NCBI RefSeq assembly: GCF_902168135.1
Contig: NZ_CABHOL010000043.1
Location: 19,969-83,968, forward strand
Source of the DNA: an uncultured Fluviicola sp.
GTDB taxonomy: Bacteria > Bacteroidota > Bacteroidia > Flavobacteriales_D > Crocinitomicaceae
DNA length: 64,000 nucleotides
Reading direction: 5' to 3'
A model generated the notes under the pieces. That model had not been told where the DNA came from. It was given only the letters and a program-made list of their open reading frames with translations, and did not search any database. Positions 26,227-36,083 of this stretch are shown piece by piece. Numbering within the stretch: the stretch's first letter is position 1; each line of letters begins with the position of its first letter. The translations under genes and the position numbers were made by a program.

Positions 26227-27369
26227 ATGAACATCATTCTGCACGATAACGAATTGCATTTGCGTTTTGCACCGCTTACACTTACACGGCCTGTCGGTGA
26301 TCTGAGAGTGGGAATTCTGACCAATAAAGAACGATGGGAAAAATGGATTCCGGAAGCAACGGTGTCATTTGAGACGGAAAAGTATATTTCCAAAAAGTTT
26401 CCAAGGATATCCGGTAAAGCAGATATTGAGGTCAATGCGGCTATTATTCCAACCGAAGCAATTGCTGCGGCAGTGGTGTTTTTGGAAGACAATCAAATCC
26501 TGGTTTCCGGGGACACCTGGATTGCCAGAAGGGGAACAGGAAAAGAAAAGATCAAATGGACAGAGCAGCATCCGCTGGAGTTGACCCAGCGCTGGGATCT
26601 GTTCCAAATGAACGATGAAATTTTAGTGGCAGACTATTTTCTGCTTACAGGTGGAAGAGAATCTCAATACATTTCAAATTCAAATACCATTATCGGTGAT
26701 CCTTCACTAGTCTTCCTGGAAGCAGGTGCATCTGTTGAAGGATCGTTTTTAAATACAACTGCCGGACCAATTTACATTGCAGCTGATGCGGAAGTAATGG
26801 AAGGATCCATGATTCGCGGACCATTTTCACTGGGAGAACATGCGGTAGTAAAAATGGGTTCTAAAATCTATGGAGCGACCACGATCGGGCCGTTTTGCAA
26901 AGTCGGAGGAGAAATTTCGAATTGTGTATTCCAGGCTTACTCCAACAAAGGCCACGACGGATTCTTAGGGAATTCCCTGGTGGGTGAGTGGTGTAATTTC
27001 GGTGCGGACAGCAACACATCCAATTTGAAGAACAATTACTCCATGATCCGAACCTGGTCGTACGAACAAGGAACCGAAGTGGAAACCGGCCTGCAGTTTA
27101 TGGGTGTTTGTATGGGTGATCACAGTAAATGTGCCATCAATACCATGTTCAATACCGCAACGGTAGTTGGAGTTTCCTGCAATGTTTTCGGCGGGGAATT
27201 TCCCAAAAAATTCATACCATCTTTCTCCTGGGGCGCCGTAAACGGAACCGATCTTTTCGATCTGAGAAAAGCAAAAGATGCGGCAAATGCCATGATGAAC
27301 AGACGTGATTTGGAGTTGACCGAAGGAGACCATTACATACTGGATTACCTGGCCAAGCATGGCGGGTAG
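26227..27369 (+). CDS. Putative sugar nucleotidyltransferase-like / hexapeptide-repeat protein (GlmU-related)
   Basis: N-terminal FAPLTLTRPVGDLRVGILT..E.W; C-terminal left-handed beta-helix repeats, SNKGHDGFLGNS, GADSNTSNLKN. Confidence 0.85.
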   Translation: MNIILHDNELHLRFAPLTLTRPVGDLRVGILTNKERWEKWIPEATVSFETEKYISKKFPRISGKADIEVNAAIIPTEAIAAAVVFLEDNQILVSGDTWIARRGTGKEKIKWTEQHPLELTQRWDLFQMNDEILVADYFLLTGGRESQYISNSNTIIGDPSLVFLEAGASVEGSFLNTTAGPIYIAADAEVMEGSMIRGPFSLGEHAVVKMGSKIYGATTIGPFCKVGGEISNCVFQAYSNKGHDGFLGNSLVGEWCNFGADSNTSNLKNNYSMIRTWSYEQGTEVETGLQFMGVCMGDHSKCAINTMFNTATVVGVSCNVFGGEFPKKFIPSFSWGAVNGTDLFDLRKAKDAANAMMNRRDLELTEGDHYILDYLAKHGG

Positions 27370-27370
27370 A

Positions 27371-29389
27371 TCAATACCTCACCTTCACCGCTTCGTGCTT
27401 TAAACTTCTGAACCCGTCCTGTGACTGATATTGGATCAGGTATTCGTATTCGTTGCTGATCGAAACGGTTTTGTCGGTGTATTTCATGGCTGGAACATCG
27501 GCACTTGAAACAGTTGCAATCAGGTGAAAAGATCCTTCGCTTTTTTTCCGGTAAATAAAGTACTGGAAAACTTCTGTTTGTGGTTTCATCCAGGATAAAT
27601 CGACTGCTTTTGTACTTCTGTTCGGAGATGCTTTTACATTACTAAGTGCGGCTCTGAAACCGGGTTCGATAAAAAGGCTTCTTGATTTGGAACTGGTCTG
27701 ATTATTCGATTGATCGATTGCCAAAATGGAATAACTCACATCTTTCGAGAAGGTGAAAGTCGAATCCCTAAAATGACTGAATTCGTCTCCTTTCCATACC
27801 AATACCGTATCTGTTTTCGAATCGGTTTTCCGCAATAAATACGATTTTTCCACATCTTTCGACGTAGAATTCTGCCATTCCATATCAATTTGAATCCCTA
27901 CTTTTCGAAGTGAGATCAGGAATGGTTCGGAAGGTGGGATAGTGTCCGGTTTAACAACCAGAACAGTGTCTGAATTGGGGCTGTTGTTGTAGTTTTTATC
28001 AACTGCTACGGCAAAATAGTAAATTTCGTTCGTTAAAGTATTCAGGTTTAAAGTGTCGAGAAACAAGGTGTTCAATTGCAGGCTGGTTGTTCTCTCTACA
28101 AACTCCTCTGTTTTTAAATTGGCACGGTAAACACGGTATCCAAGGAGGTCATTGTCTTTTGGTTTGGTCCAGGTTAAAGTGACATGCCCCAGGGAATCAA
28201 TAATTCCCTTGAGATTGGATATTGCCGCCGGTGGTTCCTGGTCAAGCGTAAAATAATAGTAAGGAGTTGAATAGGCCGTATCGTTGTCGGGTGAAAATGC
28301 GAATACCTTGAAGTAATTGCGGTCACCCGAAGGAAGCAAAGAAGTTGTTTTGAATTGAACCTTTGTTTCGTTGGGTTTCAGGAAACGCTCCTCAACCACG
28401 GAATAATTGGTCAATAAACTGTCAGAGCGCATTAGAACAAGCCGGTTGACCAAAAGAGGCAGGGAGTCAACGTCTTTACTGATGCTGACCATGATTTCCC
28501 GGTCGTATCCTTTTGACTGTACAGTATCGATATTCACAATTGCATTGACAAGCTTCGGAAGGTAGATTTTTACTTCATTGCTGTATTGTCCCTTTATTCC
28601 AAAATAGTTGATACCGTAAATTTTATACGTGTAAGTTTTTCCCTGTTGTAATTTCTCGTCTCTGTAGCTGGCCAAACGATCCGTTTTTTCGGTATTGGTC
28701 TTGAAGTTGACAAAGGGAGATACCAGGATCTTTTCGAATTTTCCGTTATCAACCTTACGCTCGATTTGAAAGCCCAGGTATTCTGAAACAACCGAATCGG
28801 CGTTCCATGAAATAGTTGCTGTTTTTTTGCGGTCGACTTTCCCGGTTAATTTTGGAACTTCGGCAAGTTTGGAGGTTTTGTTTTCAATGATTTGGATGAC
28901 AGGATCATATCCTTTGATTTCTACTTTGACTGCAAATGGTTGTCCGCCTTTTGGTCTTGGAATCCCGATCATTAAGTCGGAAAGCAGATTCATTTCAAAG
29001 GAAAGGGAAGATTCCAGGCTGGCAATGGTGAATGCATAATCCTGTGCTTTTTTGTCATGGCTCATTGCCGTTTTAATTCCGAGCTGTATCTCATGGATTC
29101 TATCCAGTTTTTCATTGGATAAATCCCACTTGTCCCATTTTTTGACAACGGGTTCCAAATCTATTTTCTGACCATTTGTAAAATCAGTACGGTCATTTTC
29201 TGCAGAAATAGTCACCCTGACACCATTTTCTAAAATGCTGTTGAACATTTGAATGTCTTTCGGCACCCATTTAATAAAAGCAGAATCTTTGGTAATGTGG
29301 CTGATAACCGGGAACGTGCTGTTGTTTTGAGAAATCGCAAAACCATGTATGCAAATTATGCTTGTAATAAGTGATAGATATCGTAACAT
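27371..29389 (-). CDS. Secreted fibronectin type III repeat protein, 672 aa
   Basis: Signal peptide; several FN3 repeats (ATISW...GFQIER...YRD..LQQGKTYTYKIYG; VTLTW...GYRVYR...YYFAVAVD; DLSW...YFIYR...YTD...YEYLI); no T9SS CTD. Confidence 0.8.
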   Translation of the reverse strand: MLRYLSLITSIICIHGFAISQNNSTFPVISHITKDSAFIKWVPKDIQMFNSILENGVRVTISAENDRTDFTNGQKIDLEPVVKKWDKWDLSNEKLDRIHEIQLGIKTAMSHDKKAQDYAFTIASLESSLSFEMNLLSDLMIGIPRPKGGQPFAVKVEIKGYDPVIQIIENKTSKLAEVPKLTGKVDRKKTATISWNADSVVSEYLGFQIERKVDNGKFEKILVSPFVNFKTNTEKTDRLASYRDEKLQQGKTYTYKIYGINYFGIKGQYSNEVKIYLPKLVNAIVNIDTVQSKGYDREIMVSISKDVDSLPLLVNRLVLMRSDSLLTNYSVVEERFLKPNETKVQFKTTSLLPSGDRNYFKVFAFSPDNDTAYSTPYYYFTLDQEPPAAISNLKGIIDSLGHVTLTWTKPKDNDLLGYRVYRANLKTEEFVERTTSLQLNTLFLDTLNLNTLTNEIYYFAVAVDKNYNNSPNSDTVLVVKPDTIPPSEPFLISLRKVGIQIDMEWQNSTSKDVEKSYLLRKTDSKTDTVLVWKGDEFSHFRDSTFTFSKDVSYSILAIDQSNNQTSSKSRSLFIEPGFRAALSNVKASPNRSTKAVDLSWMKPQTEVFQYFIYRKKSEGSFHLIATVSSADVPAMKYTDKTVSISNEYEYLIQYQSQDGFRSLKHEAVKVRY

Positions 29390-29393
29390 TCTT

Positions 29394-32279
29394 TTAATTG
29401 ATAATTTGACAGTCGTTTCCTATTTCTATATCTGCCTGGAAATCCAGATTAATGATTCCGAGTAGTTTGACTGAAAATCCGACAGCTCCGTAGACAAATG
29501 TAGGTTTTGGCAATCGACCCTGAAGCAGGGCGGCGGCGTCAATTGAAGCGACCGAATATTCTTTTTTGAGTGTACCGTCATCTTTGTAGCGACGGACACC
29601 CATACCGCCACTCAGCCAGGCATAAACCTGTCCCATGAGATACCAATTGTTGAATCCGACTTTGCTTGTGGAACCCGAGCAATGTGCTGTTGGACTCAGT
29701 TTGAACATGGTAATATCAAAACCTGCACCAACGCTGGCATAAGCATATCCTCTCCAATTCGTTTCTTTCGGGAATTCCCCTCCGAAATTTGCGGCAATCA
29801 TCATTCCGGTAGCAAACCCGTTTCCGGTGCTCACGGCACTCATATCTGTACTGATAATAGGGCTTGAACTAACAAGGTTTGTTACGTAGGACGGCGGCGG
29901 CGGCATCGGGTCGATCTGCGTTCCGATCATGAAATAGGTATTCGCCGTAAACAGGTTTAATACTTCAATGGTTGCCCTGTTCGACGGACGGTTCAACCAA
30001 AAATACCAATCATGTTTGTCAATGTGGATTTTTAAATTACAATTTCCCTGGAGAATTCCCGGAACAATGGCAAGTGCGTCTACTTGTGCATCAAACACTT
30101 TTTCAACGTTGTCGTAGTTCACAGAAATAGCACCTTCTACTTTTGTGCAATTAGCACCTCGCTCTGAACGTTTTACGAGCATAGTCGCCCGCCCGAAGAA
30201 ATTGATATTGGCCAAACCTCCGTTGGCATTGAATTGGATGGAGAAAATAGCTTCGCCGTTCAGGACCGACTCTCCCGGAATGGCCACCAATGCAACACCT
30301 GCACTGAATCCGAGTCCCAGGCTGGGATCAGGTATGAAAGGTATGGCGGAAGAAGTAGGGGCGCCCTGATTTGGATTCATAGCTCCGTTAAATGCCCGGT
30401 CTAGTTTTTGGGCCGGAGTAAGCGTGCTTTTTACTCCGTATTGAACACCTCCGAAAAGATTGGTGATTAAAGCAAACTGACCGATCGGTATAGTTAGTGG
30501 TACGGAAGCATCCACGTACCAGTATCGCTTCGAATTGAGTTTTCCAAATCCAACAGATACTCCGGCAAAATCATTCATGATCGCATTGAGCTTGAATGAA
30601 ATTGCTCCAAAGAACATGTCCCCGTAAACCGGGTCGTCATCACGAAGAGAAAGGATTCCGTTCAATGCAAACGGACTGGTATTAATAGACAGAGCGATAT
30701 CGTATACCTTGAATTTGTCGAATTGCAGTCTTTGTCTTCCGTCTGATCCGGTAACTCTTTTTGTAATGACACCTACAAAAGTAGATGCCCCAAAAGAATT
30801 GGAATTTTCTTCGCCTCCAAGTTTTAAGCTGAGGTCGACTTTTAAGATAACATTGGATTGCGTCAGGCCAAGTTCCAGGTAATTCAGAGAGATTGGAAGC
30901 CTTGCGACTTTGTTGGGTTCTCCGTCTTCGCCAATTTCGTCGCTTGTCAGTGCAAATGTACCGCCGTAAATATAAGGTGCCTGCGTCCCGATGTTTAAGG
31001 ATTGGAAGAGCAATTTGTTCAGTCTTGCTTTAGCTCCGTTATACGTCAGGTTTCCGTTAAGTGTAATGTCAGGAATGAACTTCCCTGAAACAACCTGCAC
31101 ATGGACCATACAGTTAGGTGCCAGCTTCAGGGTGGAGCTGAACATTGGAAGTTGATAGGTATAACTGTTTACTGTTTTTGCAGTGAAATCATAAATAAGC
31201 GCTGAATTATCGTTGGGTTTATAGACTCCTGCACGGTATGCAAATTCAGCATTATTTAAAGGTTCTACGCGGAGTTTTCCGGCCAGTCGACCATCTACCA
31301 GGTGGTTATATTCGATACCCAATACCAGGGAATCAATTGAGAATCCCCAGCTGTCCATATCGCCCTCTCCGACACTGAAAATACCGGTTGCAAAGAAATC
31401 TCCGGAAACACCGTTGTCATCAATCAGAAGATCTGTTACACCAATGGTCGTTTCGCCACTGCTCCTGCTTAGTTTAGGTGGAAGTTTTACGGAGAGGTTA
31501 TGCGCATAAAACCCGGTCCAGTTACCGATTTCAGGATAGAGGTTTTGGGTGGCGGCAGGTAAGATAATTCCGGTAGGATTGATAGAATCGTTGCGGTCAA
31601 CGATCAATTGGTTTACACGGAATTCAAAATCATCCAATCCTTTCACCACAAAAGGATCCATACTGGTCTGGAACATGATTTTGGAAATATCGTCTATATT
31701 GACCTGTATGTTCGCTTTTACCTGTCCTCCGCCTGGTTTATGGATTAATTCCTGGCTAAAAAGGATATCGGCGTTAATGTTAGCCCGCTCGTAACCATTG
31801 CAGCCCCATTGGATGTAATTTGTTCCGTCGCCTTTGAAAACAATGCTGTTCTTTGGTCCCAATTTGATGCGTTGGTCCCCCAAAAGCTTTAAAGTAATTG
31901 GGTTTCCATTACCACCGGGCATAACTCCTTTCGGGTTAAATGAAACACCTTTTGCTGCGAAAGCCAGCTTCCCGTAAGCACCCGGCCAGTCCATGGCCAT
32001 ATAAACATCAAAGGTTGCTCCCTGCGGAGTAAAACGCGCCGAATCAATGCAGATCACGTAAATAATATCACCGATTTTCTTGCAAATTCCGATAGGAAGT
32101 GATGCATGATCAGTAGGCGAAAAGTTCGTAGTCTGCTTGTCAGGATTGACCCGGATAATAGAATCCAGGGTAAGAGCCCTTATTCTGGATTGAGCCAAAC
32201 TAGCAGAGTCAGACTGCGCGTTCCCCTTGAAATTTAGGAAGATGGCGAAAAGAATAAAAAGTAGGTGTCGGGTTTGCAT
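29394..32279 (-). CDS. Large secreted beta-strand-rich hypothetical protein (about 961 aa; start refined to ATG at 32279)
   Basis: Signal peptide MQTRHLLFILFAIFLNFKGNAQ; Gly/aromatic-rich predicted beta strands throughout; no T9SS CTD. Confidence 0.8.
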   Translation of the reverse strand: MQTRHLLFILFAIFLNFKGNAQSDSASLAQSRIRALTLDSIIRVNPDKQTTNFSPTDHASLPIGICKKIGDIIYVICIDSARFTPQGATFDVYMAMDWPGAYGKLAFAAKGVSFNPKGVMPGGNGNPITLKLLGDQRIKLGPKNSIVFKGDGTNYIQWGCNGYERANINADILFSQELIHKPGGGQVKANIQVNIDDISKIMFQTSMDPFVVKGLDDFEFRVNQLIVDRNDSINPTGIILPAATQNLYPEIGNWTGFYAHNLSVKLPPKLSRSSGETTIGVTDLLIDDNGVSGDFFATGIFSVGEGDMDSWGFSIDSLVLGIEYNHLVDGRLAGKLRVEPLNNAEFAYRAGVYKPNDNSALIYDFTAKTVNSYTYQLPMFSSTLKLAPNCMVHVQVVSGKFIPDITLNGNLTYNGAKARLNKLLFQSLNIGTQAPYIYGGTFALTSDEIGEDGEPNKVARLPISLNYLELGLTQSNVILKVDLSLKLGGEENSNSFGASTFVGVITKRVTGSDGRQRLQFDKFKVYDIALSINTSPFALNGILSLRDDDPVYGDMFFGAISFKLNAIMNDFAGVSVGFGKLNSKRYWYVDASVPLTIPIGQFALITNLFGGVQYGVKSTLTPAQKLDRAFNGAMNPNQGAPTSSAIPFIPDPSLGLGFSAGVALVAIPGESVLNGEAIFSIQFNANGGLANINFFGRATMLVKRSERGANCTKVEGAISVNYDNVEKVFDAQVDALAIVPGILQGNCNLKIHIDKHDWYFWLNRPSNRATIEVLNLFTANTYFMIGTQIDPMPPPPSYVTNLVSSSPIISTDMSAVSTGNGFATGMMIAANFGGEFPKETNWRGYAYASVGAGFDITMFKLSPTAHCSGSTSKVGFNNWYLMGQVYAWLSGGMGVRRYKDDGTLKKEYSVASIDAAALLQGRLPKPTFVYGAVGFSVKLLGIINLDFQADIEIGNDCQIIN

Positions 32280-32295
32280 AGTACGAAAGTAATAT

Positions 32296-32303
32296 TTAGA
32301 TTT
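32296..32303 (+). promoter_or_regulatory. -7 element TAGATTTG upstream of the 32346-43712 operon
   Basis: TAnnTTTG match in the 66-bp divergent intergenic region. Confidence 0.45.
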
Positions 32304-32345
32304 GAAATCGCAAACCACTTTGCATAACAGAAACTTAAACGCTAC

Positions 32346-35300
32346 ATGAAATCTAAATCATTCCTGTTCCTGGTCCTCTTATTTCATTGCTTTTCTCACG
32401 CACAAACATTGAAAAATGTAGTTGTGAATTTGGATGCAAGCGGACAAGTCTTTGATATCAAGTATATCACCAGCATGCAGAAATACATCGTTGTGGGGAA
32501 GTTTTCCAGTATTCAGGGACATGCCGTAAATAATATGGCCTTACTTGATCTGAATTTCAATTATGTAAATGCAACTTTTCCAACTGTAAATGATGAAATC
32601 CGCTGTGTGGAGGTTTTTAATGCCAATATATACATCGGAGGCTTATTTACAGTAGTAAATGGTACCAGCCAGGAATGCCTTGCCCGAATGACGATTACCG
32701 CACCTGCAGTTGCAACCGACCCTTATGTGGTTGCCCATCTACCTGCGTTTCAACTTCTGAATAATTTCGCGTCGGCTTATTATGTAGCTGATATGGATCT
32801 AAATGGAAATGAGATTGTAGCGGTAGGTGGTTTTTATGATTCTTCCAGAAATTGTATCGTTGCTTTTAGTGCAAGCTCGGGAGCCCTGGTTTCTACCAAA
32901 TTTACAGGTGGATCCGGAATAGATGAATATTATGACCAATATACCAACTATCCGATTTTCACAGTCGATAAGTTGAATAACAACTATGTGGTTGCTGGTC
33001 CGGCAATGAGAAATTATACCTATGATAATATTACCTATCCGGACGGAACGGAAATGATGCTCTTTAATAACTCGGGGACACAGCTGACGGGGAATACACT
33101 TCCTTCATACCATACCGTGAGTTACCCGAGTTCGACCTATCCTACACACCAGGCAAATGAAATCTCTGTTTTGAATGACAGTATTGTTCTGACTAATTTG
33201 CGTCATGGAAGTGGAGCAATATTGCTTGGAGCCTTGAATATTGTTAATCCTGATTCCTATGAGGTATTGCATCCGGTTGCGTTGACTGGGTATGCGTTGG
33301 GTAATGCAGGAATTGTATCTTATAACAATAATTTCTATTACATCCGCAATAATACCATTGAACGTGGTTCGGTTACCGGGACAATAGGCTCCGGATCGAG
33401 TTTGGCCCTTTCATTTTTGCCTTCGAACAACATTAGTTTGGGAGGTAGTTCGGCATCCCCTTCTTTGTTGGGGAAAATGCTTCAATTGACGAACAACTTC
33501 CTGATCGTTTCCAGTGATAATTTGTCAACCATTGCAGGTCAGTCACGCACAGGTTTGGCCATTATGTGCCTGGAACCGGAAGATGCGAAGAAGATGAATA
33601 ACCTGTATAATATGGCTTCGCTTCCGCCCAATCCACCACCTTTTGAACTGGATACGGTTGTCTGTGCCGGAAATATTAAAGCTTATACGGTTCCGCCCGC
33701 TAAATATGCAAATGGGTACCGATGGACTTACAACGGGCCCGGAGTCAAATATTGCCTGGCTAATACCCTGAGCGAAGTTCCAACAACAGCGAGCAGCTGG
33801 ACAAGCCTCAACGGATCTGTAATAGTCCCTATGTCTGTTACAGCCCATAAAATGTGGTTGATGTTTGATGAATCATTTACCGGTGGAGAGTTGAAAGTAG
33901 AACCTTATTCAACCTGTAATACGACAACGGATTATTTATTCTCAAAAGCGGCTACAACAACACTTGTTTTAGCACCTTTACCGGATTTGACCGTAGCAGA
34001 TTCATTGATGCTGACTTGCTTGAATGATACTGTGAACTTGGTAGCTTCGTCAATTACTCCGGGAGTTAGTTTTTCCTGGTTAAATGAAAATGGAACAACC
34101 ATTAATAACAGTTCCATTCAATTGACGTTGAGTGGTGTGCAATCGGTTTCGTTCCCGCGTTATTTTACTGCTACCGTAAGCCAAACTTCTGGTAATATGT
34201 GTAAAGTAAGAGATAGTGTCTTTGTAGATCGAAGTGTGATCAAACCCGAAATGATTCTGAACGGCTCCCTGCCGATTTGGAATTGTTATTCTGACTCACT
34301 GCAAATAGAAGTGATCGATACCAATTCGCTGGCTCCCGAACTTCCGGTTGTGATTTCATGGAATGAATCTTCTAATGACTTTTCGAATGCCAATCCTTTG
34401 ACCATTTACAGTGATACGGCTTCCATTATTTTTATTGCGACCTATCCTTCTAACGGTTGTGTGGATACGACGCAATTAACCTTAAGTACTGATTTAACTC
34501 CGCCAATTCAACAGATCAATGGGTTTTCTTCCGGTTTTCAGCAAGTTGGCACTATCACCTGTACCAATGATTCGCTGTTGGTAATTTTAAGTGATTATAA
34601 CTCCATTAATACGGATAATTACTGGATCTACCAGGGCGATACTTTGCCCGATTCTGTCTGGGTAACAGCTTCTGATCTGAGTTATCAGGAAGCTGATACG
34701 CTTGGAGCAAACCTGGTTACTGTGACCATTGATGAGTACCGGATTAACCCGCTCAACGGTTGTTCAACTTACGGGCCTTTGGCAGCGGTCGTATTTGATA
34801 TTCGGCAACCTGCAGTTATTGCTTATAGCGGACCTACGAGTTTAACCTGTTCGGCTGATGAGCTGATCCTGGAACATTTTCCGACTTTCGGAATTTCCAA
34901 TCAGGGATGGCTTCTTGCGAACGGAACTTCTAACGGTGCAGATACGCTGGTGGTAAACGGGTCCGGAGAATTCTATTACCAAGTGGAAGGAACAAACGGC
35001 TGTTTAGTTACAGATACGATACAGATTCAGCAAACGAACGAATTACTCTTTGCTTCCGCGATGGATACACTGGTATGTCCCGGAACTCCATTTACGGTAA
35101 GTGCTGTTGCAATAGGTCCGGGAACCATGACTTATTCCTGGTCTGATGGAACCCAGGCAATCACTCCGAATGGTATCGGTGGGGAAGATTCTGTTTTCAT
35201 TGTCCAGGCAGAGAACGGACAAGGCTGTGTTGGAGTTGATACCCTGATGGCTCACATTACCTCTCCGATCAGCGCAACCTTTGAAGCCTTTTCTTCCTGT

Positions 35301-36083
35301 GGAAGCGGTGGTTTTATTCAGGTCGATTCGATCTACGGTGGAGCAGCCGCAGATCTTTCGGATTATTTGTTTGCCTTTAACGGAGGTGCTTACTCCACGA
35401 ATTACAATTTCCCGGTGAACCAGATTGCCACCTATCCGCTTTTGATTAAGGATACACTGGGTTGTGAATATGCATTTACGACAGAAATTACAGGAGTCAT
35501 CCAGAATCCTGGGGTGGACTTCCTGGTGTCAACTTACAACCAGGTAGGAGATACGATTGTTCTGGTCAATATCTCCGGTTTCTCCGATTTCGACGGTGTG
35601 TTCTGGACCTTGCCTTCCGGTGTGGAAATGATTAGTTCCTACGATTCCATTGCAATTTTTACAGCTGCGGATAGTGGTTGGTACCAAATCCAGTTTACGG
35701 GCTTCCTGATCGATACAGCTGCAAACCCGGCTGACACTTGCTTTTATTCTTTCGATAAGTATGTTTACTTCGGTAATTTCGCTATGAATTTCGGAGATTC
35801 GGCAGTTGATAACAGTATCAGCAATGTACAGCTTTATCCGAACCCGATTTCGGCAAACCAAAGTCAAGGTGTTACACTGAGCTTTAATATCGCAGGTCTG
35901 CAGCACTATGAAGTGATTTTTACCAGCAGTTTGGGAGAAGTTCTGAATTCCATTTCGGATGAAGGGACCGCGGAAGGCGATATTGTAAAAACATATAATC
36001 TGCCTCCATTAGCTTCTGGAACTTACCTGATTCATATTTTGGCCGAGTACGGTGCTGCACAAATTAAACTGATTGTGCAATGA
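32346..36083 (+). CDS. T9SS type A sorting domain protein: N-terminal beta-propeller-like repeats plus Cys-containing Ig-like repeats
   Basis: Signal peptide; repeats IVVGKF/IYIGGLFTVVNG/IVAVGGF; Ig-like repeats (LTC..DTVNL, NGC...DT); CTD LYPNP...SSLGEVL...LASGTYLIHI...IKLIVQ. Confidence 0.85.
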   Translation: MKSKSFLFLVLLFHCFSHAQTLKNVVVNLDASGQVFDIKYITSMQKYIVVGKFSSIQGHAVNNMALLDLNFNYVNATFPTVNDEIRCVEVFNANIYIGGLFTVVNGTSQECLARMTITAPAVATDPYVVAHLPAFQLLNNFASAYYVADMDLNGNEIVAVGGFYDSSRNCIVAFSASSGALVSTKFTGGSGIDEYYDQYTNYPIFTVDKLNNNYVVAGPAMRNYTYDNITYPDGTEMMLFNNSGTQLTGNTLPSYHTVSYPSSTYPTHQANEISVLNDSIVLTNLRHGSGAILLGALNIVNPDSYEVLHPVALTGYALGNAGIVSYNNNFYYIRNNTIERGSVTGTIGSGSSLALSFLPSNNISLGGSSASPSLLGKMLQLTNNFLIVSSDNLSTIAGQSRTGLAIMCLEPEDAKKMNNLYNMASLPPNPPPFELDTVVCAGNIKAYTVPPAKYANGYRWTYNGPGVKYCLANTLSEVPTTASSWTSLNGSVIVPMSVTAHKMWLMFDESFTGGELKVEPYSTCNTTTDYLFSKAATTTLVLAPLPDLTVADSLMLTCLNDTVNLVASSITPGVSFSWLNENGTTINNSSIQLTLSGVQSVSFPRYFTATVSQTSGNMCKVRDSVFVDRSVIKPEMILNGSLPIWNCYSDSLQIEVIDTNSLAPELPVVISWNESSNDFSNANPLTIYSDTASIIFIATYPSNGCVDTTQLTLSTDLTPPIQQINGFSSGFQQVGTITCTNDSLLVILSDYNSINTDNYWIYQGDTLPDSVWVTASDLSYQEADTLGANLVTVTIDEYRINPLNGCSTYGPLAAVVFDIRQPAVIAYSGPTSLTCSADELILEHFPTFGISNQGWLLANGTSNGADTLVVNGSGEFYYQVEGTNGCLVTDTIQIQQTNELLFASAMDTLVCPGTPFTVSAVAIGPGTMTYSWSDGTQAITPNGIGGEDSVFIVQAENGQGCVGVDTLMAHITSPISATFEAFSSCGSGGFIQVDSIYGGAAADLSDYLFAFNGGAYSTNYNFPVNQIATYPLLIKDTLGCEYAFTTEITGVIQNPGVDFLVSTYNQVGDTIVLVNISGFSDFDGVFWTLPSGVEMISSYDSIAIFTAADSGWYQIQFTGFLIDTAANPADTCFYSFDKYVYFGNFAMNFGDSAVDNSISNVQLYPNPISANQSQGVTLSFNIAGLQHYEVIFTSSLGEVLNSISDEGTAEGDIVKTYNLPPLASGTYLIHILAEYGAAQIKLIVQ

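Noticed and set aside
27361-32345. Left half of the toxin module as an invertible segment
   Set aside because: I found no inverted repeats at the two ends and no recombinase gene in the window.
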